Shown here: piece after piece, positions 1 through 10,124 of the stretch
Numbering within the stretch: position 1 is the first letter of the stretch
Layout: each line of letters opens with the position of its first letter
Assembly (NCBI GenBank): GCA_032718475.1
Contig: JAUCBJ010007923.1
Coordinates: 1-37,003, forward strand
Origin: Nemertoderma westbladi
Taxonomy: Eukaryota > Animalia > Xenacoelomorpha
Direction: 5' to 3'
Length of the DNA stretch: 37,003 nucleotides
Notes under the pieces: model-generated
What the model was told of the DNA's origin: nothing
What the model saw: the letters and a program-made list of their open reading frames with translations, nothing else
Database searches by the model: none
Translations under genes and position numbers: made by a program

Positions 1-2
1 AT

Positions 3-3000
3 ACGCGACCGTTCAACCAGTTTACATCGCAATCTACGACTTCGAGGAAGACTTGTGAGCCTACCGAACAACGAAAGCGAGACGATGTTCCGAAACGAAC
101 CGTTAGAATTAGTACGACGCAACGGACGCGAGCACGTCGACCACCATATCCAGATGATAGTAGTACTTCGAGCGAATCGGATTACCCGAAACGCGAGGTA
201 TTTAGAACAGGGGCGGCCGATGAATATAAACGCGAGCGTTCAGACAACTCTTTTGCAGACAACCCTCCACAGAATACACCGACACAGAAGGCGTTACCAC
301 CAGCGGGCGCGATCGGTGCGCAACAGTTCGCCGACATTGTCAACAAGTTGGCCCGGATTGAGGAACGTCTGGAGGAAGGTTACACCGACAGTTCGAGAAA
401 TTCCGAATTCGAACACAATAGACACCCGAAGGGACCACAAAGACCGGTACCTTCAAACCCCACAAGCGATCAGGGAAAAGCGCCAAGAAGGGAGAACATC
501 AACCAGACTACCAACCAAGGACGCGAAACTCTGAACGTTGCCGAGGAGATAGCGAAATTCGCAGCCAGACAAGGATTGCCGGTACAACAACCACCGAAGT
601 TTTCCGGTAGCTCAAAACACTGGCATACCTTCATAGACTATATCGAATCCCAGATCGCCGTGTGCGCCTTTACATCACGGGAGAAGTTCAATTACCTGCG
701 CCAAACGTTGTCAGGAGAACCTAAACGTTTGGCGGAGACTTTCGTCGGTGTACCGGACGCTTTCGAACTAGCGTACGATCGTTTGACTTCGATATACGGA
801 GGTACAGTGAGTATGGCCAGGTCAGTAATAGAAGAACTCTGTAAGGGAGGGGCTATCACTAAACCCGTCGACTTACTAAAACTAGCTGACGAGATCAAGA
901 ACGCTATCACTACCTTAAGATCAATTGGACAACTTGATTACGGGAATACCCCTACAGTCCTATTAAAGATAATAGGACGACTCCACCATCGACTTCGTCG
1001 GGAGTGGAGGAAGGTCGAATACCAGCGAGAGGAGCGAGGAGGATTCCTAAAATTAGAAGATGTGTACCTTTTAATATCCAGGGAGGCGGTAGTAGAAACT
1101 CGATCTAACTATACCGACCAGCACATCGTGGCAGAAGGGATCACACTGCCATCCTCCAACCGACAAAAACCCCAGACAACATCCACAAAGACGGCCACTT
1201 ACGCCACACCGACGGAATCACGACAATTCTCCGACGGTAATAGAGTATCTGCGCCCATTGGGACGAAACAGACGAGACAGCAACTCAGCACCGACTTCAA
1301 CGGCTGCCAATACTGCGAACATCTAGGTAAGCGGTATATTGGTCACAAGTTACGAGGTTGTCGACAATTTCGCGAGTTGAACTCGGAAGAACGACGGCTG
1401 CAGATACGGCCACTGGACTCTTGTTGGCGGTGTACGCGACACGGACACGTCCGTAAGGATTGCCCAAATACCGACACTTGTCCATCCTGTGGACGCAACC
1501 ACGACGGTCTGCTCCACACAGACAGCCACACGCCGACGAAACGCTTCGCCAGGGAACACCCGGAAGCAGCAGCGAGATGTGATGCGGCTTACCGAAAACG
1601 AGAATCGAAAACGACTCCAACATTCGTGACCCATATTGAGGATTGCTTCTCAGAACAATCCGGATCGTCGGACGAAGAATCAGAAGACGACGACGAATAT
1701 CCCAATGGAGACGAACAACCGTCGATCGCGCTCCTAACCACTGACCAACTGAAGGGATTCAGTGTAATCCCGATTAAGATCACTGGCACAAAGGGGAGTA
1801 AGAGGATCTACGCGATTCTAGATTCAGCCTCATCTCACAGTTACGTGGATGAAAAGATAGCTGACGTCGTAACGGATCTCAGACAAGGTAAACACGTCAG
1901 TTATACAGTAAGTAGTATGCACGGCCAGCGTGCAATACCAGTGACACGAGTTAAGTTGGACTTAGACTCTCTTCTTCCAAAATCGCAACACAGCGAGAGG
2001 GAGAGATCTTTGTTACCCTTTAGAGATCTAACCTTTGCGGCCACGAAGGACTTTAGTAACCTACTAGGTCCAGTGCCGGAACAATCTCTGGAGGACCGTA
2101 AGTATTTCAGACACCTTGGTGTACCCGAATGTCCTGTCAATTATAGATCGGTAGCAATGCTGATCGGGACGGACCAATTCAACCTACATCAGGTGTGGGA
2201 AACCAGACCATCGGCAGTTGTAGCGGGAAACGCATACGCCTGCAGAACGCCGATAGGGTGGTATACTCGAGCGCCTGTGCGCACACTAGACGTAAGTGAC
2301 GAGGAAGACGATGTACAGAGTACATGTAGTTTATTAACTACAAATTCAATTCATTCCTTTTCACACGACGTGAACCATACTACACTACAGTCGACAAAAC
2401 ATGACAGACGTGTAACTAGTATGATAAGTCACAAGGAGCAGCTAACCCACCAGGTGAGTTTAGAACTTGGGGGGAAGACGAATCAGCTAGAGATTCCATC
2501 GACGACAGATGATAGGCTTGCGAGTCTACCTACCCCAATAACCTCAACAGTGCCCGTCGATATCGACGATGACGCGTTGAAAATTCATCAGTTGGAACAA
2601 GCCGCCTTGGACAAAGAATTAACGGAGAAGACTATCAGGTGGTTAGAACAAGATACAGCTGAACCTGGTAGCTACGAACCTTGTATGTCGGAACAGGAGA
2701 AACAATCCCTAAAGATCATGGAAGATACTATCCGACAGACGGAGGACGGACATTACGAGGTGGGGATGTTATGGCGTAGCCAAAGTCCTAAACTTATAAA
2801 TAACTACCCACTGGCTTTGAGACGTCTACACTCAATACGACAACGTCTATTAAAGGACGAGAAAGCCCATCTGCAGTACAACACTCAGATGGAGACGTAT
2901 TTGACTGAAGGATACGCTATCCGAATGACTAACCCGGAGCGAGTGACCGACCAGACATACTACCTGCCACATCACTATGTGAGACATCCCGACAAACCAG

Positions 3001-6000
3001 ATAAAGTACGCGTAGTCAATGACTGTGCGGCTCTGTTTGAGGGAATGTCCCTCAATAGTGAGTTGATGGATGGACCGAACATGAATAATTATCTTATGGG
3101 GGTGATTATGCGCTTCCGTCAGCGTCAAGTAGCCTTTACTTGCGACGTTGAAGCGATGTTTCACCAAGTAAAAGCGTTAGAGCGAGACAGAGACAGTTTG
3201 CGGTTTCTCTGGTATCCGGAAGGGGACTTAAGTCTACCACCAGCGACTTACCAAATGCAAGTTCGCGTTTTCGGTGCCAGAGACAGCCCAAATTGTACGA
3301 TGTACGCCTTGAAGCAAGCCGCTAGAGATCAGAAACATCTGTATGACCCAGAGATAATTAGAATTGTAGAACGTGACTTTTACGTTGATGACGGATTACA
3401 GAGTTGCGACACAGTAGAACGTGCTACAACAGTAGCACATCAATTACGGGACTGCTTGGCGGGCGGAGGTTTTAACCTCACCAAATTCGCCTCAAACAGT
3501 GCCGAATTAGTTGACTCATTCGGAACTACTGAGCGTGGAGGTGGTGACATAGACCTAGAGTTCGAACCACTACCGACGACTAAGGTGTTGGGGCTCTTTT
3601 GGGACCCAAACACAGACAACTTTCGAGTGAAGGTGAGACTGGACAGTCAAGGAAACACACTGACCAAGAGATCATGCTTGTCAAAATTGAGCCGATTGTT
3701 CGATCCGTTAGGATTCATCAGTCCAGTGATACTGCAAGCCCGCATTTATATGCGCAGTATATGGAAGGATGGACTAACATGGGACGAGCCGATCTCATCA
3801 GACCAAGTGGACTTATGGAAGACCTGGGAGGCGGAATTATCTTCACTAGAGGATTATTTCATACCCAGGGTTTACTTTCCATTACAGAGTACATTTCCTG
3901 ACAACTTGGAACTACACTGTTTTTCTGACGCCAGTGACAACGGTTTTGGTGTGGCAGCGTATTTGCGCAGACAAGTAGAATCGGACGAGTTCGATGTTTC
4001 GCTCATTACTTCTAAGGCTAAGACCATGCCTACTAAGTATATGACGACACCACGAGCCGAGCTACAAGCCGCGACCCTGTCAACCACCATCGTGAACCTC
4101 ATACAGACAGAACTACAATCGAGTTTACAGATATTTTATTGGACTGACGCGACGTTGGTTTTATTTTACATAAACAACGACACACTCGAATTCAAGACAT
4201 TCGTAGCTAACCGTCGCGCGGAAATTCTAGACCGTTCAATAAAGGAGGATTGGCGACATTGTCCCGGACCACAAAACCCAGCTGATATTGCGTCGCGAGG
4301 AATGATGCCTGAGGAATTCTGTAAACCGGAGAACAAAGAGTTTTGGCAACACGGACCCCAGTTCTTGCAGAAATCGACACAAGATTGGCCTCCGTTATAC
4401 GACAACAAGTCCAACACCATTCCTAAGGACGCCGAAATCAAGAAACCAAAAAAGGGGAAGACAAAGAAAAGGACGACAGCGACTAAACTCAAGAAAAAAC
4501 CGAAGGCAAAATGGAAAGATATAACTTCAAAGGTTAAGAGAGGAAGACTTGCGAGCCTTTCTAAACCAGACATATCGCCAGACGGTCAACCAGACACGTT
4601 ACCAGACGGTCAACCAGACATGTTACTAGACAGCCAACCAGACATTTTGCCAGACATATCACAAAATGTTCCACCAGACGCTAGTAACACACTGACATAC
4701 AGTAAAGCCGCAGTTTCCCTATTGGAGCGGCCTTCTATTGACAAACAACCAGATACGTTACCAGACGTATCGCCAGACACATTACTAGACAGTCGACTAG
4801 ACATTAGTAATGTATCGACTAACAATAAAGCCGCAGTTTCCCTATTGGAGCGGCCTTGTATTGACAAACTACCAATTTTGACACACTTGGGCAACCATAA
4901 GCATGGTGAAACCTCATGTATTGCAGATGTGGGTAGTACCTACGCTAATGTAAATACAGGTGTTACTTTGCGCTCAAGAGACATACCGAACTTACAACCT
5001 GTGGTGAGACCTGGGATTAATGTCGGCAGAAAATTAAGTTTACCAAAACCTGCTGACCCCATAGAGTTCAAACCACCATTAACGATCGACTTACAAAGTA
5101 CCGACAATCAAGGTAAGAAGACAAAGAAGGACAAATTACTTGTAGACCCGGACGGATCAACAGTCAACAAGGGAATACTTACCGGCGGACCCGTGGGCCC
5201 TTCTAGTAATTCAAAACCTTCCAAGTTCTCCATTGACTTACCTGATGACATCACAAATACTTACGTCGACCGTATCGTAAACTTAACAGATTCTTGGTCA
5301 AACGCTTGCCGAAAACTAGCGTGGATTGTACGTTTTGTACAATACGTTAAAAGCAAACGTGACTTTACACGTCGACTTACATTGGCTGAGATTGACAGGT
5401 GTGAGATTAAATTAATTCGCCATTACCAACTGCGATATTTCGCGCGCGAATTCACATCTATAAATCAAGGTCAACCAATCAAGTCGTCACCAATACTGAG
5501 TTGGAGTCCGATTATTTATAATGGCTTAATTTGTCATAAATCTCGGCTTCAAAACATTGACTTTAACACAAACTTTAGGTACCCAATAATAATACCGCAA
5601 CATCACGAACTACAACGTGCAATGATACTGGACGCACATTTACATCTGAAACACGCTGGAAGACACCACTGTCTTTCCTACCTACGTACTAGATTTGTAT
5701 TAATTAGACCCAGTAAAGCATTAAGTTCAGTGACACGTACGTGTATTATTTGTAAAAAGGTACATTCTAGAATAGGTACCCAAGAAATGAGTGAACTACC
5801 ACAAGCACGACTTCAAGCATTCAGACCACCTTTTACAGAGACTGGAATTGATTGCTTTGGTCCCATACATACGAAACGTGGACGTATACTAGTAAAACGC
5901 TGGGGACTGATTTTCACATGTATGTCCAGTAGGGCAGTTCATATTGAACGTGTGATGGATCTTTCCACCAACGCGTTTATACTAGCACTGCGGCGATTTA

Positions 6001-6773
6001 TCGCTAGACGCGGACTAGTAAAATGCTTGTACTCAGACCAAGGGACAAACTTCGTTGGTGCTCGGAATGAGATTGCTAGAGCCTTTAAGAAATTAGATCA
6101 TGATCAAATCTCAAACGAACTGCAACCTCACAAGATTGTTTGGAAGTTCAATCCTCCAGATAGTCCTTGGAGAGGCGGAGTCTGGGAGAGACTGATTAGA
6201 TCTATAAAGACAGCAATGGCAAAGGTCATTCCAGTAAACCACATATTAACAGACGACCAACTGACAACATTGTTTGTTGAAATCGAGGCAATACTAAATA
6301 CTAGACCAATAGTATTAGTACCCGATGACAAACAATCCCAGTTTGCTTTAACACCGGCACACCTGCTTATGCAGGCACCGACGACATTAACGCCGATTTC
6401 TATTCCAATAGAAAGCGACAGTTACAGTAGAAAAGCGTGGAAAATCACGCAACTACTAGCTAACAAATTCTGGGAAATATGGCAAAACCATTATTTGCCC
6501 TCTATTTCTGCCAGAACAAACTGGTACAATAACACCCGCGCATTAAAGCCGGGAGATCACGTGCTGTTGGCAGAAGTGAATCTAAAAAGACGCTTCTGGA
6601 TAACAGGTGTCATTTTAGCCACACATCCATCTATGGATGGAGTGACAAGAACTGTGACGGTACGGACAATTGACGGTCGTACAGTAGACAGACCGACTCA
6701 ACGTCTCGTACTTCTTGAAGAGACTCGTAACGAGTCTGGAGACTACAAATCTCCACCTAATACTAGTAAATAA
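3..6773 (+). CDS. Bel/Pao gag-pol polyprotein, N-terminally partial
   Basis: Frame is open from base 3, so TTG 348 is not the true start. Gag Cys/His knuckles (CWRCTRHGHVRKDC), protease ILDSAS, RT DFYVDD, Pao RNase H LHCFSDAS, integrase HHCC plus GIDCFGP / SDQGTNFVGA / GGVWERLIRS. Confidence 0.96.
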   Translation, partial: TRPFNQFTSQSTTSRKTCEPTEQRKRDDVPKRTVRISTTQRTRARRPPYPDDSSTSSESDYPKREVFRTGAADEYKRERSDNSFADNPPQNTPTQKALPPAGAIGAQQFADIVNKLARIEERLEEGYTDSSRNSEFEHNRHPKGPQRPVPSNPTSDQGKAPRRENINQTTNQGRETLNVAEEIAKFAARQGLPVQQPPKFSGSSKHWHTFIDYIESQIAVCAFTSREKFNYLRQTLSGEPKRLAETFVGVPDAFELAYDRLTSIYGGTVSMARSVIEELCKGGAITKPVDLLKLADEIKNAITTLRSIGQLDYGNTPTVLLKIIGRLHHRLRREWRKVEYQREERGGFLKLEDVYLLISREAVVETRSNYTDQHIVAEGITLPSSNRQKPQTTSTKTATYATPTESRQFSDGNRVSAPIGTKQTRQQLSTDFNGCQYCEHLGKRYIGHKLRGCRQFRELNSEERRLQIRPLDSCWRCTRHGHVRKDCPNTDTCPSCGRNHDGLLHTDSHTPTKRFAREHPEAAARCDAAYRKRESKTTPTFVTHIEDCFSEQSGSSDEESEDDDEYPNGDEQPSIALLTTDQLKGFSVIPIKITGTKGSKRIYAILDSASSHSYVDEKIADVVTDLRQGKHVSYTVSSMHGQRAIPVTRVKLDLDSLLPKSQHSERERSLLPFRDLTFAATKDFSNLLGPVPEQSLEDRKYFRHLGVPECPVNYRSVAMLIGTDQFNLHQVWETRPSAVVAGNAYACRTPIGWYTRAPVRTLDVSDEEDDVQSTCSLLTTNSIHSFSHDVNHTTLQSTKHDRRVTSMISHKEQLTHQVSLELGGKTNQLEIPSTTDDRLASLPTPITSTVPVDIDDDALKIHQLEQAALDKELTEKTIRWLEQDTAEPGSYEPCMSEQEKQSLKIMEDTIRQTEDGHYEVGMLWRSQSPKLINNYPLALRRLHSIRQRLLKDEKAHLQYNTQMETYLTEGYAIRMTNPERVTDQTYYLPHHYVRHPDKPDKVRVVNDCAALFEGMSLNSELMDGPNMNNYLMGVIMRFRQRQVAFTCDVEAMFHQVKALERDRDSLRFLWYPEGDLSLPPATYQMQVRVFGARDSPNCTMYALKQAARDQKHLYDPEIIRIVERDFYVDDGLQSCDTVERATTVAHQLRDCLAGGGFNLTKFASNSAELVDSFGTTERGGGDIDLEFEPLPTTKVLGLFWDPNTDNFRVKVRLDSQGNTLTKRSCLSKLSRLFDPLGFISPVILQARIYMRSIWKDGLTWDEPISSDQVDLWKTWEAELSSLEDYFIPRVYFPLQSTFPDNLELHCFSDASDNGFGVAAYLRRQVESDEFDVSLITSKAKTMPTKYMTTPRAELQAATLSTTIVNLIQTELQSSLQIFYWTDATLVLFYINNDTLEFKTFVANRRAEILDRSIKEDWRHCPGPQNPADIASRGMMPEEFCKPENKEFWQHGPQFLQKSTQDWPPLYDNKSNTIPKDAEIKKPKKGKTKKRTTATKLKKKPKAKWKDITSKVKRGRLASLSKPDISPDGQPDTLPDGQPDMLLDSQPDILPDISQNVPPDASNTLTYSKAAVSLLERPSIDKQPDTLPDVSPDTLLDSRLDISNVSTNNKAAVSLLERPCIDKLPILTHLGNHKHGETSCIADVGSTYANVNTGVTLRSRDIPNLQPVVRPGINVGRKLSLPKPADPIEFKPPLTIDLQSTDNQGKKTKKDKLLVDPDGSTVNKGILTGGPVGPSSNSKPSKFSIDLPDDITNTYVDRIVNLTDSWSNACRKLAWIVRFVQYVKSKRDFTRRLTLAEIDRCEIKLIRHYQLRYFAREFTSINQGQPIKSSPILSWSPIIYNGLICHKSRLQNIDFNTNFRYPIIIPQHHELQRAMILDAHLHLKHAGRHHCLSYLRTRFVLIRPSKALSSVTRTCIICKKVHSRIGTQEMSELPQARLQAFRPPFTETGIDCFGPIHTKRGRILVKRWGLIFTCMSSRAVHIERVMDLSTNAFILALRRFIARRGLVKCLYSDQGTNFVGARNEIARAFKKLDHDQISNELQPHKIVWKFNPPDSPWRGGVWERLIRSIKTAMAKVIPVNHILTDDQLTTLFVEIEAILNTRPIVLVPDDKQSQFALTPAHLLMQAPTTLTPISIPIESDSYSRKAWKITQLLANKFWEIWQNHYLPSISARTNWYNNTRALKPGDHVLLAEVNLKRRFWITGVILATHPSMDGVTRTVTVRTIDGRTVDRPTQRLVLLEETRNESGDYKSPPNTSK
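4566..4870 (+). repeat. In-frame repeats within pol
   Basis: CCAGAC recurs with ~12-bp period (PDxx peptide); two copies of taaagccgcagtttccctattggagcggcctt-tattgacaaac near 4703 and 4826 (KAAVSLLERP). Confidence 0.85.
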
Positions 6774-7186
6774 TTAGGAGTTTACAAATAGATTTCCACG
6801 TACCTGTACACCGTAGTAAGGACAGAGGTAGAATTCCATTGTCTTTATATGTGAACATTGAGGGTAGTACCCTTATGTGTCACATAGGAGCGGGATTTGG
6901 AGGTATAAGAAATGGAATTCTACTTGGAACTCACAATATTGAGACATTTTCGAAATTTTAGACAATCCATTTGGATTTGAAAAATTTTTTAAAATTTTCT
7001 CCAGTGAATAGATTTCAGGGTACAGTCGGGTGGAACTCAAAATTAGAGAAACAAGAGAGGAAGACTTGCGAGCCTTTCTTAAAATTTTAATTAAATTTTA
7101 CACGGTCTTGTTTCAATAAGTTACGTCAATAAATAGACTCCCCTATATTTATTACTAATTCTTGACTGCTTATTTTCTGATAATAG

Positions 7187-8659
7187 TTTGGGATCAAAAG
7201 GTGAGTATTTTAGACTCACAGCCAGTTTAGCCCAAATTCGTTTTTATTTTGGCAAAAAATTTTAGATAAGAAGCAGCGTGTCATTAAAGAAACTACTACG
7301 ATCGCCGACGATCCTTTAGAGGAACTTCTTGAGATAGAAAGGAACCTCCCGAAGAAATCTCAGACGGAGATTCGACAACTTGAAGCAACAGATGCTATAG
7401 TTTGTATACAACCTTCAGAAACCTACCAACCCATAGACCCAGATGATTACGATTATAGTATGGGAGGAAGCGCTCGACCGATTGGAGATCTTATATACGA
7501 ACGAGTGTGGTACCCTGCTAATACGATGTGTAGTAAATGTGGCGTCGCTGGACATCATATGGCAAAGTGCAGTGGAAAGCACATTACTACGACTCAGCTA
7601 ATCTGTGGATGGTGTGGGGATCAAGGGTCTCATACCTTTTATACTTGCTGGAGATTTATGGCTCAATGTACTTACTGCAATATAAAGGGACATCGAGCAT
7701 CTGAATGCCAACTGAGAGACATACCTTATGAACACGAATCTGTAAAACTTGTGAGGAAGTTATTTGATGAGTGGGAAGATTTAGCCGACGAACATGTATC
7801 GGCACAGAGAAGACGGTTTCCGATGAGAGCGCATCTCGGATTTTGGGCGGTAAATCCCCAGACGATGATGTCGGAAGGATACATCTCCGCTATGCCTCAA
7901 TATGACGAACTTATCGAGGTTGTCGATATTTTGCCCCACGACAGCGGATTTCGAGTGGTGCGCGAATATCTGTTACAGATTCACCCGGATAACAAAAACA
8001 CGTGGAATTTTCAGAAAGTCGTAAATCGTATCACGTATGGTGAATTTGATCGTTTCCGAACCGAAAAGCGGAATAAAGGAGCTTGGTTAACCGTCGCATG
8101 GGCGTACCCAGCCGCGTTTTACCATAAACGTATACGAGCGAGCGTATTCGAGGAAGAGGAGGTCCTAGAGGCGACGAATATACCAGCCACTCCGGTTGCG
8201 CCGTCTGCACGTCACCCTCGGGAGGACGGGCAGGGTAGGATCATACGGGTCCAGAAGGTGGGCCAACAATTGAAGAAAATTATTAATGTAGAAGAACGCA
8301 AGGGAGTTGAGCCGACTATTCGAGTTACTCGGGATACGGTATCACTTCCAAGAGAACCGGTAGGAGGATCGGGACACACACCAGCTGTTCAACAGGGGGC
8401 GCAAGCTACTCTTGGGTCTGCGTCGTCCGCCTTTCGCGAGTTCCCAGACGTTCTACCAACTGTAGCAACAACTGATCGGTCACGAGGAATTGGTCGAGGT
8501 TTTGGGATGCCAAATAGACGAATTTGTGAGGAAATAGTCGCACCGTCTCTCAACGTCCCAAGTAAACCAGTGACTCGCCCCATTAGTCCCATATCGCGAG
8601 CAAAGTCACCTGTGCGCAGTTTTCGAGGACGCGGCAGGGCTCGATCTACTAAGCGATAA
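7187..8659 (+). CDS. Accessory ORF: triple CCHC zinc-knuckle protein with Arg-rich tail, probably spliced
   Basis: CSKCGVAGHHMAKC, CGWCGDQGSHTFYTC, CTYCNIKGHRASEC; C-terminus RSFRGRGRARSTKR. Frame open from acceptor at 7265 (ATG at 7460); putative intron 7201-7265 (GTGAGT...TTTTAG) and 14-nt exon 7187-7200. Confidence 0.8.
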
Positions 8660-8701
8660 AAGGGAGGGCAAGGGTGGACGGAAGACTCGTGGGCCTTTCT
8701 T

Positions 8702-9350
8702 ATGATTTGTGATTTATTTTGAATTATATGTTTTATATTTAGAAAATTTAGTAAAACTTATATTTTATATTTGTGCTTATTCCAAACTTATGCAATTTGT
8801 ATTGTTCCGAATTTATGAAATTTAGAAAGTTTATATTTAGAAGGAACTTATATTTGAAAGATTTATGTTTCATATTTGAGATGCAAAGGTTTATATTATT
8901 CTAAACTTATGCAGTTTATATTTATATTTAAGTAAAGACTTATATTTAGTAAGAATTTATATTTTATATTTGTAATTATTCCGAACTTATACAATTTATA
9001 TTATTCCAAACTTATGCAATTTGTATTGTTCCGAATATTATGCAATTTATATTTTATAAGTAGTATTTGTACCTAAAGAAAAAGTTTTATAGACAGAAAA
9101 TTTGTGCTCAGAAAGACTCATATTTGTAATTATTCCAAACTTATGCAATCTATATTTAGGTACGAAAGTATTTGTAATTACTTGAATTTATGCAATATTT
9201 GGGATGCAATAGTAGATGGAAGACTTGCGAGCCTTTCTTATTGTTTTCATTTATTTGTATTTGTAATTGTTTGAATTTATGCAATATTGAGATGCAATAG
9301 ATCTATATTGGTGAATTTAATTTAGATTTATATTGTACTTACTTAGTAAA
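8702..9350 (+). repeat. Degenerate AT-rich repeat tract in 3' UTR
   Basis: Many variants of tattcc(a/g)aacttatgcaattt(g/a)tat. Confidence 0.8.
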
Positions 9351-9658
9351 GCCTTAAATACGTAAAGTTTGAATTTGTAATTATTTTGTATCGAATCATT
9401 ACGTAAAAAGGAAGTATTGTTTGAAATTTAATTGTAAATATGTAAGTACGCCCTAAGTATTCTATAGTTTGATTGATTATTGGTGAAAACCGTATATTTT
9501 ATGCACGATAATATCCTGTTTTCATGGAGCGGTATAGAATTATATTCCCTAAATGCCGTGGATTTTCAAAATTTTATTTTATTCGAATTAACTTTGTAAA
9601 GATTGCTTTGAGTTCTCATTAGTATTGGTTCTATCTATTATGCATCTATCGGTCAAGT

Positions 9659-9745
9659 GGTTCAGTAGCTCAGTTGGTAGAGCGTTGGAAATTATATGTG
9701 TAGTAGGTATCGAGTTCGAATCCTAGTAAGTGCGAATTATTTTTT
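9659..9745 (+). ncRNA. tRNA-derived Pol III unit (pseudo-tRNA or SINE head)
   Basis: A-box/D-arm TAGCTCAGTTGGTAGAGC, B-box GAGTTCGAATCC, then a T-run; anticodon and acceptor stems do not pair. Confidence 0.65.
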
Positions 9746-9799
9746 GTGCAGAATTTCAACTCATTTAAATTAACCGCTACAAATTAATTGCATTTGTCT

Positions 9800-10124
9800 G
9801 TACCAATAAGGCTGTAGTTATTTGATTGTAACCAATGTCGTGCAAGTTATATATTAGCTGGACCAATAAGCTATCTTTAAAACCTTGTTAGAACCCATAG
9901 AACAATCGAGAATTTTCTCGATTGATTGCAGCACAAATTTAGTATATAAAGGTGCGATTCGTTCATTAGTTATCAATCTCAATCTTATATCTATACTTCT
10001 CAGATTTATTCTGTCGTGCTTAGTTTATTCTCAGATTACATTGTATTGTAATTGTGTCTTCTGTAATAAAGTCAGAATATTCTCTCAGCTTTTCTGTTTT
10101 ACTATGAATTCACTACGGTGAACA
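9800..10124 (+). promoter_or_regulatory. Putative 3' LTR core (left edge unresolved)
   Basis: CCAAT at 9803, 9832, 9863; palindrome aatcgagaattttctcgatt 9904-9923; TATATAAA 9943; AATAAA 10065; ends GGTGAACA 10124. No second LTR in the window to confirm. Confidence 0.55.

Larger units (their letters stand above)
1..10124 (+). mobile_element. Bel/Pao LTR retrotransposon (5' end outside window)
   Basis: Single gag-PR-RT-RNaseH-IN ORF with Bel/Pao signatures, accessory ORF, then an LTR-like block (CCAAT, TATA, AATAAA, ...AACA). Right boundary inferred. Confidence 0.9.

Noticed and set aside
55-534. 159-aa ORF
   Set aside because: Alternate-frame shadow of gag, whose frame is open from base 3.
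692-6331. Short minus-strand and alternate-frame ORFs within gag-pol
   Set aside because: Shadow ORFs with no motifs.
7460-8659. env gene
   Set aside because: No signal peptide, TM helix or fusion-protein features; has zinc knuckles instead.
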